Below are positions 20,201-31,444 of a stretch of DNA of 64,000 bases, one piece after another (position 1 is the stretch's first letter; each line of letters begins with the position of its first letter). The position numbers were made by a program, and so were the translations under genes. The notes beneath the pieces are model-generated. The model made no database searches, was not told the DNA's origin, and was given only the letters and a program-made list of their open reading frames with translations. Location: positions 15,725-79,724 of IMG/VR virus record IMGVR_UViG_3300032313_001582. One strand, given 5' to 3'. The DNA comes from a virus.

Positions 20201-21696
20201 TGAGCAAGAAGTACATCATAAGTTATGGTCTTGATGCAAATAAATTCATCAAAGAAGGCACTGAAATAGCCCGAAGGGAAGGGGTATTTCAAGCAGGTGA
20301 TGAAGGACAAGCAAGAAGTGATAGTGATTTAGATGATGTAGGTGCAAACTGGTGGGGTTACAAGCCAAATGATGCAAAAAGTTTTGACGACCAAATGTCT
20401 TTGGACAATGTTCTGGTTTCTTTTTTAAACCAAGGTTTACTTACCAGAGCAGATGAACTTTATGACCAACTTTTAAGCACTATTGATTTAGGTGGTGATT
20501 TGAAACAACAAAGAATCATTTTCACCAGCCAACCCATAGGAATATTTTCATTTGCTCAAGCCAGTAAAGGATTAATAAGGTCTTTAGAGTTTTATTGCCC
20601 ATCTGAAAATAGAATTATACCTCCAGATTTAGTTTTTCAAGGTGATTTAGGCGGTAAAAATTACTATTATTTTGAAGGTAAAGAAGCAGAAGAAATTTTG
20701 GTTGAAAGAAGACAAGAAGGAACAACTGCAATTTTAGCCAAATGTCCTTATGCCAAGGCACAACTTAATTATGATTCTGGGATGGTGTTGCCATACGACA
20801 CAGAAGGTAATATCATAAACTTCTATCAAGATTTGAAATTGAGGTATTCATCTACGACCAAAAAAGTTTATCAAATTAGGGAAAAGAAAGGCGGTGGTTA
20901 TGCACCTTATGTTGATTTGTACACGCCTTTGGGGGCTGACAATCGTTTTGGTACTGAAGCGATGTTGGTTCAAGCACTTCCAATGATTTTATTGGCTCGC
21001 GTTCTGGAAAGAGCAGGGGTAAGAACACGGGTGTTTGCTACAAGTTTTATGAAAAGCAGAACAGATAATTTTATGGTTTCGCCTATTTTAGTAAAAGAGT
21101 ATGGTTCTCCATTGGATTTAAATAAGTTAGCCATTTTTACATCCGATAAACGTCTTTTTAGATTTCATATATTTAATTCGTTATTAGGATGGTTTGTTGA
21201 AAATGGTGATTTAAGAACTACGCATTATCAAACATACGGAGTATATAATAACGATATATATGCATTAATGCCTCGTGTGAAAAATTATTACCAATATCAA
21301 ATGGAAAAAGGTACTATGCCTAAAACAAACATTGATAAAGGGCTTATGATTTTTGGTGGAACTCCAGCCAATCCCAGCGACAAATTAAGTAGTCCAGCAG
21401 TTCAGGAAAAAATCATCAATGAATTTTATCGAATTAGTGATTATGTTTCTTTAATGATGAGTAAAAAACCAGATGGGGTTATAAAAAAAATATTTGAGAG
21501 AGAAGCAGAACGTAAAATTCCCAAATCCGAAGTAATTCAAACTCTCAGAAATACAATTACCCAAATTTTAGCCCCAGTAAGAAGACCTGCAAATCCAACG
21601 GAAGACGATTTGATGCTGACTGACTCGGATAAAGATTTTAAACAACAAGACGAAAAAAGAGCAGAACTCTTGGAATTAATTAACAGATACTCATAG
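20200..21696 (+). CDS. Probable AAA partner (divergent vWA/CobT-like)
   Basis: Coupled to the MoxR ATPase; alpha/beta segment LARVLERAGVRTRV; no clear MIDAS motif. Confidence 0.45.
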   Translation: MSKKYIISYGLDANKFIKEGTEIARREGVFQAGDEGQARSDSDLDDVGANWWGYKPNDAKSFDDQMSLDNVLVSFLNQGLLTRADELYDQLLSTIDLGGDLKQQRIIFTSQPIGIFSFAQASKGLIRSLEFYCPSENRIIPPDLVFQGDLGGKNYYYFEGKEAEEILVERRQEGTTAILAKCPYAKAQLNYDSGMVLPYDTEGNIINFYQDLKLRYSSTTKKVYQIREKKGGGYAPYVDLYTPLGADNRFGTEAMLVQALPMILLARVLERAGVRTRVFATSFMKSRTDNFMVSPILVKEYGSPLDLNKLAIFTSDKRLFRFHIFNSLLGWFVENGDLRTTHYQTYGVYNNDIYALMPRVKNYYQYQMEKGTMPKTNIDKGLMIFGGTPANPSDKLSSPAVQEKIINEFYRISDYVSLMMSKKPDGVIKKIFEREAERKIPKSEVIQTLRNTITQILAPVRRPANPTEDDLMLTDSDKDFKQQDEKRAELLELINRYS

Positions 21697-21698
21697 AC

Positions 21699-24083
21699 AT
21701 GGATTTAACCAGATATATCAATAAACTGAACGGCAAAATAGAAATCGTATTAGGAAAAATATCAGATATTTCAAATCAATATTTGGTGTTGTCATACCGA
21801 TATTCAGAAAAAAAATCCGCTTCTGGAAAATACTATGATGTTTACGACATGACATCCTCAAACCGCTTTTTTTCAGATTCCGATTTGAAAATTATGGGCA
21901 GTAGTGAAATCATCGAAACATTTAAAGGTATCTATCAAGGGGATTTAATAGGAAGCATAGTTCGATATGAGTACGACAAGTATTTGTGTGTGGGAATATG
22001 GTTGAATACCTATGCTCAATTAAATATTCCCAGTCCAATTTTCTACAATGTAGAAAACATCATGAACGACATCCGCATGATGTATTTTGGGAAGCAATCG
22101 GAAGATGAAATTATTGGTTCTATTCGAAAAAATTGGTATGATTCCAAATACCAAAATGACCTTAAAATACCATTGATTGACATTTCAAAAAAATTTACTG
22201 ATGACTTTGTAATAATTCAAGAGGCAAAAGACATCGATAAATTCAGAGATTTAATTATTGGTGCTAAGGAGGAAAAGAAGGCTGAAGCCCCAGTTGGTGA
22301 TTTCAGCAATAATTTTACTTCAGTTAAATTTTCTCGTAATGCCAAAGAAGATTTTTCTCCGAAACCTTATAACTTGTTTCTATGGAAGAGAGAAGCCTAT
22401 GTATACTATGATTATAAAAATAATTGTGAAACCATAAACGATTCGGATTACCATCTTGTAATGGTTAATGAAGGAGATTATATGAAAGGTGCTTTAAAAT
22501 TCTCACTTCCTTTAATCACAAAAAAAGAAGAATTGATTTACCAGAATTATGAGTTAGAAGCATCGGCAGAATATAAAACATTGTTTGCTGGATATTTTTT
22601 TAAGGCAGGTGATTTCATAAGAGAAGATTTAAAATTTAGTACAAATGAAAAATATGAGTATGGAACTATAATTGAGTTTAAAGCGAAATATGTAATAATT
22701 GGTAAATATTATGACGCGGAGAATGATAAATTAGTTTACATGAGCGTAAACATAAATTTGTTCGATAAGGATAAAGTCACTAATAATGCATTTCAAAAAC
22801 TTATTAAAAAATGGTCTGAATCAGAAATTGATGATTTGGCTAAAAAGAAAAAAGTATTCATTAAAGAGCCTTTGAAATCTTCATATAGTCCAAAAGAATA
22901 TTTATCGGGTGACATTTCTTTAGCAAGTCCGTTTCAGCAACAAACCATGGCTAAATTGACCAGTGACTTGGATTTAATCAGAGATAAAAATGTTGTTTTG
23001 TATGATGCTTTTATAAATGTCATAAATGCAATAAATAAAAAAATTGAGTCAAAAGTTGTCAAACCTAAACAATCAAAACAAACGGATTTGTATGGTATAC
23101 GTCTACGAAGCAGTACTTCTTTTATGGAATATCAACAAAATATTTTAGACGAAGCCCTTAGTTTAGGAGAGATAGATAACTTCATTTACAACAGAATTAG
23201 CAACTCTAAAGATGTGGGCAGGATAGAAACCAAATATTTTACAAATACTGATGATTTGATGAAATATTCTGCTAAAATACTCAATGTATTTACTTCTCTT
23301 TTTGTAAAATATTATAAAGACCTACAAAGAGAAACTCGGATGCAATATTTGACAATAACTTTTGACAATTTACCATTATTTAATCAAGAATTAAAATTCT
23401 CTTACAGACCTTCAACTAATAGTTTTGTTCTTCTTTTGGATGGTTATAATCAAATTTCTTTTAGTAGTTATTCTGATTTTGAAAAAATAAATTTTTTGAA
23501 CGAACGCAAAGAAGATTTTTTCCTAAATATTATTCGATTAAGATTAAACGTATCTTATATTCAAAGATTAAAGTTCGAATCAGTATTAGTCTTCAAAGAA
23601 ACAGATGCATGGAAAAAATCATTACTAATGTTGAATCCATACTTCACGTTTGATAGTGAGTTATTGAAAACAATCAGTTGTTCAGCAATCAGATATGGGT
23701 TATCAGGGTTAGAATCTTATAAGTATTCACCATTTTATTGGATAAATGATTTGAAATATAAAAGCATTTGGGACATGCCAGAAGATACACGAAATGCTAT
23801 TGTTGAAAGAAATCAGTATTTTGATATATGGAGATTAAATGGGGGTGGTAATGAAAATGCATTCAAAGATTTTATCAAAAAATATGACCAAGTGAGTCTG
23901 GATGTTTATGAAGGAGCGCCATTACCAAAATTACAAGTAGAAACAACCCCAGTGGAAACAGAAACAGAAGATTTCTTACAAGAATTAGATTCCATGGACT
24001 TCTCAGATGAAAGTCTGTTTGTAGATGCTATCTTGGATGAAGTCGACAATTTGGATTTTGATGACCCAGACCTGTTTAATTAA
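21699..24083 (+). CDS. Large hypothetical protein with acidic C-terminal repeat motif
   Basis: 794 aa; ends DFLQELDSMDF..AILDEVDNLDF. Confidence 0.7.
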   Translation: MDLTRYINKLNGKIEIVLGKISDISNQYLVLSYRYSEKKSASGKYYDVYDMTSSNRFFSDSDLKIMGSSEIIETFKGIYQGDLIGSIVRYEYDKYLCVGIWLNTYAQLNIPSPIFYNVENIMNDIRMMYFGKQSEDEIIGSIRKNWYDSKYQNDLKIPLIDISKKFTDDFVIIQEAKDIDKFRDLIIGAKEEKKAEAPVGDFSNNFTSVKFSRNAKEDFSPKPYNLFLWKREAYVYYDYKNNCETINDSDYHLVMVNEGDYMKGALKFSLPLITKKEELIYQNYELEASAEYKTLFAGYFFKAGDFIREDLKFSTNEKYEYGTIIEFKAKYVIIGKYYDAENDKLVYMSVNINLFDKDKVTNNAFQKLIKKWSESEIDDLAKKKKVFIKEPLKSSYSPKEYLSGDISLASPFQQQTMAKLTSDLDLIRDKNVVLYDAFINVINAINKKIESKVVKPKQSKQTDLYGIRLRSSTSFMEYQQNILDEALSLGEIDNFIYNRISNSKDVGRIETKYFTNTDDLMKYSAKILNVFTSLFVKYYKDLQRETRMQYLTITFDNLPLFNQELKFSYRPSTNSFVLLLDGYNQISFSSYSDFEKINFLNERKEDFFLNIIRLRLNVSYIQRLKFESVLVFKETDAWKKSLLMLNPYFTFDSELLKTISCSAIRYGLSGLESYKYSPFYWINDLKYKSIWDMPEDTRNAIVERNQYFDIWRLNGGGNENAFKDFIKKYDQVSLDVYEGAPLPKLQVETTPVETETEDFLQELDSMDFSDESLFVDAILDEVDNLDFDDPDLFN

Positions 24084-24122
24084 TTAAAAAAGAAATATAT
24101 TAACTTCGCAAAAACTAACACA

Positions 24123-27100
24123 ATGACTACCAAAGAAAAATATGAATTGATTGATAAAACCAAAGTGAGTGCAAAGGTTTTGGAAATCCTTGAAAAGATG
24201 GAAAAAGCCAGTAGCAATTTTACTAACGCGGAAGTCAATTCGAGAGTAGACACTGCATTGGATAAAATTATAGAAGGCTTAAAGGTTAGTAAACCAGAGG
24301 CTTTGCTTTCAGTTTCTGATGCTAAAAAAGAAGTGAAAAAGGAAAAGAAAGAAGCGGAAGAGAAAAACAAGGGAAAAGACCTTTCTAAGAAAAAAGACAC
24401 TGACGATAAAACTGGTTTGCCGAAAAAGGACACGGTAGAAGAGCGTAAGGACATCATTAAAAAAGAGTCTGAGAGCGAAAAGGAAGCCAGAGAAAGAGCC
24501 AAAAAAGAGTTAGAGAAAGAAAATGAAAAAGCCAAGGATGTAATTGAAAGTCAGATAGAAAAATTGAATCGAATCATTCTGGAAGACCCAGCCTTGAGAG
24601 GTTTTAACACAGGAACGTCTGCAACAGGGGGTGGTAAAAGCACGCCTTTAATTGATGCCGAGCGTAAAGCAATTCCTCGTGGAAGAAGAGTGAGTCAAAA
24701 AGGACGTAAAAACCAGTATGGGGCTTCAGCAGGTGGTCGTGTGTATTGGGAAAACCGAGAGAATCGTTCAGATAGAAAAAGTCCAGATTATCCAACTGGT
24801 AAGCCTTACTTGGAAAAAGGAGGAAATGTGTACGCATCTGATGATTTATATGAGGTGAAAATGGTTCAAGATGGGATAGAGTTAGATTCTAAACTTATTC
24901 GTGCCAGAAACAAGGGTGAAGCAAGGATGATTTTTGAAGACATGTATCAAGAAAAATATCAAGATGAATTTGGTGCATTTGACTTAGAAATTGATATAGC
25001 GAAAGACAGAATGGCTGATGGTGGCGGTATTCCTTATAAACCTTATGGAAAAACTAAGGGTCGTTTTACTTTGAAGTATGAAGACGATGGCGTGCAACAA
25101 AGTGAAATCTGGTCGTCTTTAGAAGAAGCGACAAATAGTGCAAGAAGATATGTAAATCCGAAATTGGGATACACTAATGTGCAAATTTATGATGAAAGTG
25201 GCAAAGAGTATTTTTTTGCTGATGGTGGCTCTATGCTTAAAAGTGGCTATGTTGCCTATCCGAGTGGAGATGAAGGCGATGAACTTGGTGTTTTCAACGA
25301 CAAGGAAAGCATGATAAATTTTGCGTTTGCGAACAAGGATAAATATGGGAAATTGATTTTTGAAGGGATAGAAAATGATGACATTCTTGAGGTTAAAAAG
25401 GGTGATAGCAAGGATGTTATTACTTGGGAGTTTTCACGCATAGGAATGGATAGAAAAGAGGCAAATAAAAAAATAAAAATGTGGTTCATTAGTAATTATC
25501 CTGCTGATGAAGAAGAGGCAAAGCAAATTGATGAAAGTGTTACTTTTGATGATATATGGTTTGATTTGAAAGACCAGAGAAATATTTATGATAGGTTAAG
25601 AAATCATTATGTAGTAAGAGAAGTGTTTGAAAAAATAGCATCAATTTACGGGGTAGAATATGATTTTGTTGAGAAAATGTATAAAAGAGAAAGTTACGCC
25701 AAAGGTGGCTACATGGCTGATGGTGGTAAAACTGAGCAGTTGTACAGTTCTATAAAGAGAGATAGATTGAGGGCGTTGGAAGATGAAATTTCAACTTTGA
25801 ATTTAATGTTGAAAAAATTAGAAAATGAAAACAATGAAGAATCATACCAAGAGTCCCAAAATTTAAGAGAGTATAAGACAATTTTAGAAGTGAAAAAATT
25901 GAATCTTGAAGATATTGGATATGATAAAGGTGGAATGATGGCTGATGGTGGTAAAGTGGATAAAAGAATTTTAGAAAAGGTATACGAATATTATGATATT
26001 TATAAAGATGGTACTAATCGAGAACATTATTACGACTTTGACAATATAGAAAAAGTAAAAGAACATATTGAGAAAAGAACTGGGATGGAAGTACTTAAAA
26101 TTAAAGAAATAGAAATAGGTCGAAACTACCCAGACAACATGTCACACCCCTACTATCATGATGATTATGAATTTGAGTTAGTGAAAGGGCAACCTTTGAG
26201 AGTTGAAAGAATGTATGGTAGACCAAATTATAGTGGTAATGTTGCTTACACTAATACGATAGAAGTTAAAAACTTGTGGCAAATGGCTGATGGTGGGATG
26301 CTTGATGATGAAGGCAACTTAATTGATATTAAAATTGGGGATGAGGTAGTGGAATATAAAAAACGCACTCCTAATGCAACCGAGAAAACACCAATAGGTC
26401 CGAAAGGTCGTGTGATAAAAATAATGGACAATTTTGCTAAAGTATCTTTTCCAAATGATTACGAAGAAAATATTTTATTAAGGGATTTAAAAAAAATGTC
26501 CAAAGGTGGCATGATGGCTGATGGTGGTTATATAGAAAGCGGTGAAAAACTTTATGAAATTGCCAACAACATGTCTGATAAAGAATTTCAAGAGGCTTAT
26601 CGCAATTTATCTGAAAAAGAAAAAGATTTATATGACACACTATTGCGGTTAGGTGATGAGGACAAAATTGCTCTTGTAACTGTACTAAACGAATCAAAAA
26701 AACCGAAATATGATAAATCGACTTGGGATTTACATAGATATGCGAAAGGTGGTTTGGTCGAGGAAATAAAAATGTTTGATAAATACAATTATCCAATCCC
26801 AAAAACCAAAGGAGATAAAGTCAGAGCCATTTTTGAACACTTCAAGAAAAAAGGATATTCCACAGAAGAAATAAACACTGCACTTAGCGAAATTAATTAC
26901 GCCAAAGGTGGTGAAATGGCTGATGGTGGTGAAACTGAATCCGAACCTTCGGGTATAAACGAATCTGTTTATTTTGAGGTTTATGATGGTAATCGGAATA
27001 ATGGAATAATCAAATTCCACAAAAGTGGTTCAAGGATTTTTGAAACACTTTTAATTGGAAATGTAAAAGCAGGCAACCGAAAATACATGTCGTATTTTAC

Positions 27101-27944
27101 AAAAAATGATTTAAAATCATCTTTATATAGAGATTTTGATGTGGTAAATGAGGTAGATGAAGATTATGTGCAGGACCGTTTAATATCATACGAAAAAAGT
27201 AAGCCTGCTGATATTCTCGTTGTCAAATATCCCTATCCCGAATTAGCGAAAACTGCCGATACCTTGACAATAATTAAAGGTGGAGAACAAGTTTTTGATT
27301 ATGACTCAATTACAAAAGATTTCAGTCTGGTTTCAATAGGTTTAAGTTACCCTGACCAAATAGAACTGGATGATTTTTTAGAAGATTCTAAAGGTGTTTC
27401 TGAAAGCCAATATACACCTGAATTAATTAAAGTGATTGAAGTAATTAAAGAAAATGAAGACATCAACGAAATTGTTGATGGATTGAAAAGTAAAGGTCTT
27501 ATCAAAAATTACATGATGGCTGAAGGCGGTGAAGTTGATTTCAGTGAGAGAATGGCAAAAATGCGGAGTGCCTATGAAAATTTGCAAATGTCCGTTAAAG
27601 GAAAAATTGCAAGTGCCATTGGGATAGATGAAGCAGTTGCAATTATGGACACAGACTATTCAATACACCCATTTAATTTAATATTCGGTGCAGTTCGTGG
27701 GGGTTTATTAGAACTTGATGAAATCAATAAGGATTTGGTGAATGAAGCAGTTGATGAAGCAGAAAGAGTAACTGACGATTATAGAGATTCTGGACAAGGT
27801 ATTGGCGGTAGTGACATGACTTATTTTACCCAAAACGTGTTGAATAGCGCAGGTTACAAAACTGGATTCATCAATAACACCTTAAAACGAGTTGATGCTG
27901 ATGGTAATGAATTAGTAATTGATAAATACGAAATGAAATTCTGA
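24123..27944 (+). CDS. Polyvalent protein 3 (about 14 xxxGG linkers; KOW/SH3-like and unknown modules)
   Basis: MADGG/YAKGG/YDKGG/MSKGG separate modules of about 40-200 aa; basic N-terminal region. Confidence 0.8.
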   Translation: MTTKEKYELIDKTKVSAKVLEILEKMEKASSNFTNAEVNSRVDTALDKIIEGLKVSKPEALLSVSDAKKEVKKEKKEAEEKNKGKDLSKKKDTDDKTGLPKKDTVEERKDIIKKESESEKEARERAKKELEKENEKAKDVIESQIEKLNRIILEDPALRGFNTGTSATGGGKSTPLIDAERKAIPRGRRVSQKGRKNQYGASAGGRVYWENRENRSDRKSPDYPTGKPYLEKGGNVYASDDLYEVKMVQDGIELDSKLIRARNKGEARMIFEDMYQEKYQDEFGAFDLEIDIAKDRMADGGGIPYKPYGKTKGRFTLKYEDDGVQQSEIWSSLEEATNSARRYVNPKLGYTNVQIYDESGKEYFFADGGSMLKSGYVAYPSGDEGDELGVFNDKESMINFAFANKDKYGKLIFEGIENDDILEVKKGDSKDVITWEFSRIGMDRKEANKKIKMWFISNYPADEEEAKQIDESVTFDDIWFDLKDQRNIYDRLRNHYVVREVFEKIASIYGVEYDFVEKMYKRESYAKGGYMADGGKTEQLYSSIKRDRLRALEDEISTLNLMLKKLENENNEESYQESQNLREYKTILEVKKLNLEDIGYDKGGMMADGGKVDKRILEKVYEYYDIYKDGTNREHYYDFDNIEKVKEHIEKRTGMEVLKIKEIEIGRNYPDNMSHPYYHDDYEFELVKGQPLRVERMYGRPNYSGNVAYTNTIEVKNLWQMADGGMLDDEGNLIDIKIGDEVVEYKKRTPNATEKTPIGPKGRVIKIMDNFAKVSFPNDYEENILLRDLKKMSKGGMMADGGYIESGEKLYEIANNMSDKEFQEAYRNLSEKEKDLYDTLLRLGDEDKIALVTVLNESKKPKYDKSTWDLHRYAKGGLVEEIKMFDKYNYPIPKTKGDKVRAIFEHFKKKGYSTEEINTALSEINYAKGGEMADGGETESEPSGINESVYFEVYDGNRNNGIIKFHKSGSRIFETLLIGNVKAGNRKYMSYFTKNDLKSSLYRDFDVVNEVDEDYVQDRLISYEKSKPADILVVKYPYPELAKTADTLTIIKGGEQVFDYDSITKDFSLVSIGLSYPDQIELDDFLEDSKGVSESQYTPELIKVIEVIKENEDINEIVDGLKSKGLIKNYMMAEGGEVDFSERMAKMRSAYENLQMSVKGKIASAIGIDEAVAIMDTDYSIHPFNLIFGAVRGGLLELDEINKDLVNEAVDEAERVTDDYRDSGQGIGGSDMTYFTQNVLNSAGYKTGFINNTLKRVDADGNELVIDKYEMKF

Positions 27945-30847
27945 TGAACAAGAATATTAGATTTCTAAGCAAAGACCAAGCGTATCGTTATATGCCAAAT
28001 ACATCTATTGAAAATGATGTGTTAGATAAAGTTCGTTACACCATTGATAATCTCAAGTTTGCTGGTAATTTTTATTCAAGTTCATGGCAAGGTGGTGGAG
28101 ATGGATATTTGTACGATTTGGATACTTATGACGAATATTTGGTTGGTGGCAGAAAACTGAAAGAAGGAGAAAAAATATATCGGTATTTCACCAGAATGAG
28201 TGCCATCAGTGGTTCAACCCCATTTATTAAGATTAACATTGATAAGGGATTGTTGTATTTCTTAAAGCCAGATGATGAAGGATTGGATTTAATTGAATTC
28301 GAAACCAAAGGAATCCCTGTTAGATATTTGAATTTGATTGAAAGTGACAATGAATATTTGGCAGAGAGTGGTATTACTGATGATGAGGGTAATTTAATTG
28401 ACATCAAAGTTGGGGATGAGGTTGTTCAATATAAAAAAAGGTACACTCATGAAGAAAAAGAAGCAGTAGGAGGTAAGGGTCGTGTAATTTTAATAAATGG
28501 TGCTATGGCAAAAGTGTCTTATGGCAATGATTATGAACAATGGCTGGGATTAAATGAACTGAAAAAAATGGCAGAGGGTGGTGAATTAAAAAGTTACCTC
28601 AGTTCTCGTTCTGACATGTTTGATGAGAACGCTAAAACTATTGATAAAAAAGACATTCTTGAGGTAATTAGTTTGAGCAAAAACTCGGATAAAAAATATT
28701 GGGTCAAAGACTTAAATACAAAATATTCCTATTACATCTACAAAGGAAATTTAAGAGCGAATGATGGAACTGGAGGGATATTTAGTACCACTATACTTAA
28801 TCCAATGTGGTACTACCTCAAAGATGAACATAGATTTAAGGTACAAGAAGAAGCATTATACGATTGGGAAAAAGAAAAAGACCCAAGTATTGTTAAAGTT
28901 GGATGGGATGCCATAAAGGAAAAATTTGACAATATTTTTTACATGGAGGAAGATGGCGAAGATGAAATATTTGCCAACGAAGTAAAATTGGAGGAATCAA
29001 CATACAATTGGGACGGAAGACCAAGCCCATACAAAAAAAGAGTAAGTTTTTCGGATGCCAAATCTATGTTTCTGCAAAGTCTTACTGATGAAGAAAAAGC
29101 GATGATTGACCTTGAATACGATTATCAAGATGTTCATGAACTTTTTGGTTTAATGTCTGAAAAAAGATTCATCGTTAAGCGGAAAAAAGATGAATCAAAA
29201 GACTTTTTAGATGAATTGGAAAATATGAATTTCGAAGATAGCAGTTTGTATTTGAAAAATGGAGGCAAATTAGCATGGCAAAGCGTAGAGGTTGGTGACA
29301 ATGCTTTGGTAAAATCAGAAAATAAAATGGGTGTTGTTGTCGTGACCTATGGTCGCAGATTCCATTTGCGTTTTCCAGATGGTAGTGAAAAGACATATTC
29401 GGCTGAGGATTTAGAATTTTTACCAAGTGATTCTTACGCGAATGGTGGTAAGATAGACGATTTGGTAGGGCGTACTATCACCATGTACGATATGGGCGTT
29501 CCTGAGCCAAAATATTATACTATTTCAAGAGTAGAGATGTCGCCTCCATATTTTTCTCGTAAAACGCTTCGTGTCTACAACAAATACGGAAATTCCGAAC
29601 TTGTAGATGTCATAGAAGATGAGCAAATTGACAAATTCTTAAATGGTGAACAAGTAGAACTCAGAACAAGTGGGGGAGATTATTATGCAATTAAATTAAT
29701 GAAAGAAATGAAAAAAGGTGGAACTTTAGAAGGCGGTGTTAAAAAGAACATGATTTTCGATGAAAACGGGGAAAGAAGAACAGACCCAGAAGCGTTGGCT
29801 TACATTGAAAACACTGTTGAAATGTTGCCTCAAACCAAATTCGAGCATTCCAATGCCGAAGGCAAATACACGGCAAAAAGGAAAAAATTGCACGAAGAAA
29901 TCATTTCTCATTTTAGGGAGGATAAACCTTGTGTGAACAAAAGACCAGCCGTAGCAATTTTGACTGGTGGAGCGCCAGCATCTGGTAAAACTACATTCAT
30001 CAAGAAATATGTGGATTTAGACCCAGATAAAGTGTACCATGTGGATGCAGATGAAGTCCGTGCAATGCTTCCAGAATACAAAGGATGGAATGCAACTCAG
30101 ACCCATTTGGAAACTGCTGATATTGTTAATCGTTTGATTGACGAAATTGGTAATCCGTGTGAGCATGATTTGATTTACGATGGCACTATGAACAAAGCAA
30201 CGAAGTATGAAAAAATCGTTGACAAACTTCATAAACTTGGCTACAAAGTGTTCGTGGTTTACATCTCTATTCCAGAGCAGGTCAGCAAAGAGCGTGTGAT
30301 TTCTCGTTACAAAAAAGCAGGTCGTTATGTACCCATGAAAGTAATCGAAGAGGTTTACGATAATGGTTTGACTGCTTTTGAAAAAGTCGCTCGTGAAATG
30401 GCTGATGGCTATGTTCGTATTGATGGCATGACTGGAGAAATCATCGAAAAAGGTGGTATGGAAATGCCTAAAAACATTGAATACGCTGAAGGTGGAGAAG
30501 TAGAAAAATCATATTTGAAAAATGCCGATTCGTTGGTTCGTTCAGCAGAAAGGTATGCTCAAGCAACTTACGAAAAACCAGTAAGTAAAGGAAAGGGTAT
30601 GGCTCGTGCTTCCAAGCAGAATGGACAAATGAAATACACCGAAGTTATCGTATTTTTCCAAGATGGTGAGAAGATTACTTTCGATGAAAGCGAGTTCCCT
30701 AAATTTTTTATGAAAGATGGCGGTGAACTTGGTCAAGATTATTACGATGGATTCCAAATGCAGGTGATAACCAAAAAAGGCAATCCAGATAAAGAAGTAC
30801 AAAAACAAGACACAACATTCAAATACCGTAAAGGTGGAAAATTATAA
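27944..30847 (+). CDS. Polyvalent protein 4 with KOW/SH3-like modules and zeta-toxin-like P-loop kinase
   Basis: GGAPASGKT, VDADE, IYDGT, R..GRYVP; about 8 xxxGG linkers. Confidence 0.8.
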   Translation: MNKNIRFLSKDQAYRYMPNTSIENDVLDKVRYTIDNLKFAGNFYSSSWQGGGDGYLYDLDTYDEYLVGGRKLKEGEKIYRYFTRMSAISGSTPFIKINIDKGLLYFLKPDDEGLDLIEFETKGIPVRYLNLIESDNEYLAESGITDDEGNLIDIKVGDEVVQYKKRYTHEEKEAVGGKGRVILINGAMAKVSYGNDYEQWLGLNELKKMAEGGELKSYLSSRSDMFDENAKTIDKKDILEVISLSKNSDKKYWVKDLNTKYSYYIYKGNLRANDGTGGIFSTTILNPMWYYLKDEHRFKVQEEALYDWEKEKDPSIVKVGWDAIKEKFDNIFYMEEDGEDEIFANEVKLEESTYNWDGRPSPYKKRVSFSDAKSMFLQSLTDEEKAMIDLEYDYQDVHELFGLMSEKRFIVKRKKDESKDFLDELENMNFEDSSLYLKNGGKLAWQSVEVGDNALVKSENKMGVVVVTYGRRFHLRFPDGSEKTYSAEDLEFLPSDSYANGGKIDDLVGRTITMYDMGVPEPKYYTISRVEMSPPYFSRKTLRVYNKYGNSELVDVIEDEQIDKFLNGEQVELRTSGGDYYAIKLMKEMKKGGTLEGGVKKNMIFDENGERRTDPEALAYIENTVEMLPQTKFEHSNAEGKYTAKRKKLHEEIISHFREDKPCVNKRPAVAILTGGAPASGKTTFIKKYVDLDPDKVYHVDADEVRAMLPEYKGWNATQTHLETADIVNRLIDEIGNPCEHDLIYDGTMNKATKYEKIVDKLHKLGYKVFVVYISIPEQVSKERVISRYKKAGRYVPMKVIEEVYDNGLTAFEKVAREMADGYVRIDGMTGEIIEKGGMEMPKNIEYAEGGEVEKSYLKNADSLVRSAERYAQATYEKPVSKGKGMARASKQNGQMKYTEVIVFFQDGEKITFDESEFPKFFMKDGGELGQDYYDGFQMQVITKKGNPDKEVQKQDTTFKYRKGGKL

Positions 30848-30850
30848 ATC

Positions 30851-31438
30851 ATGGAAAAAGATAAAGTTGAAATAAAGAACTTTCACAAAAACATCATGGG
30901 AACACTCTCATTCGATATGAAATTGTCCAAGATGAGAAAGCCACAGGAGTTCATAGTTTATCCTGTATCGTCTGCTGATGCCGATAAACCCATAACCATC
31001 CAGAGCGATACGAGAATTGGTGTTATTGATTTGGAAACAGGTAAAGGATTGATGAGTCAGTCGCACACTGGAGGTGCTTATTTTGTGCATTTGAGCGTTG
31101 ACGAAAAGATTCGATTCAAATTGGATGATACCCAGTTAGAATTGTTCCGTGAAAAGATGCGTAGTACCTCTAAAACTGGAGATAGTGTTATCAAAATTGA
31201 TAATGAAGGTGCAAGCAAATTTAAAAAAGGTGGTAGCCTTGAAGATTATACCATCGATATGGTGAAAAGCGATTTAAAAGTGATGGAAGAATATGCATCA
31301 AAAATCGCATCTTTGTTGGACAAATTAGGCTATGTAGAACCTTGGATTGCAAGCAAGATTTACATCGCTGGTGAAAATATAGAAAACATTAAACATTATC
31401 TTGAATACGAAGTTGAAGGCTTCCCTACAAAAAAATAA
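30851..31438 (+). CDS. Two-module protein split by an FKKGG linker
   Basis: Beta-rich N module, FKKGG, helical C module (EPWIASKI). Confidence 0.7.
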   Translation: MEKDKVEIKNFHKNIMGTLSFDMKLSKMRKPQEFIVYPVSSADADKPITIQSDTRIGVIDLETGKGLMSQSHTGGAYFVHLSVDEKIRFKLDDTQLELFREKMRSTSKTGDSVIKIDNEGASKFKKGGSLEDYTIDMVKSDLKVMEEYASKIASLLDKLGYVEPWIASKIYIAGENIENIKHYLEYEVEGFPTKK

Positions 31439-31444
31439 AATCTG

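Noticed and set aside
18833-21696. Cobalamin biosynthesis (cobS/cobT)
   Set aside because: No cobN or other pathway genes; a generic MoxR-type chaperone is more parsimonious
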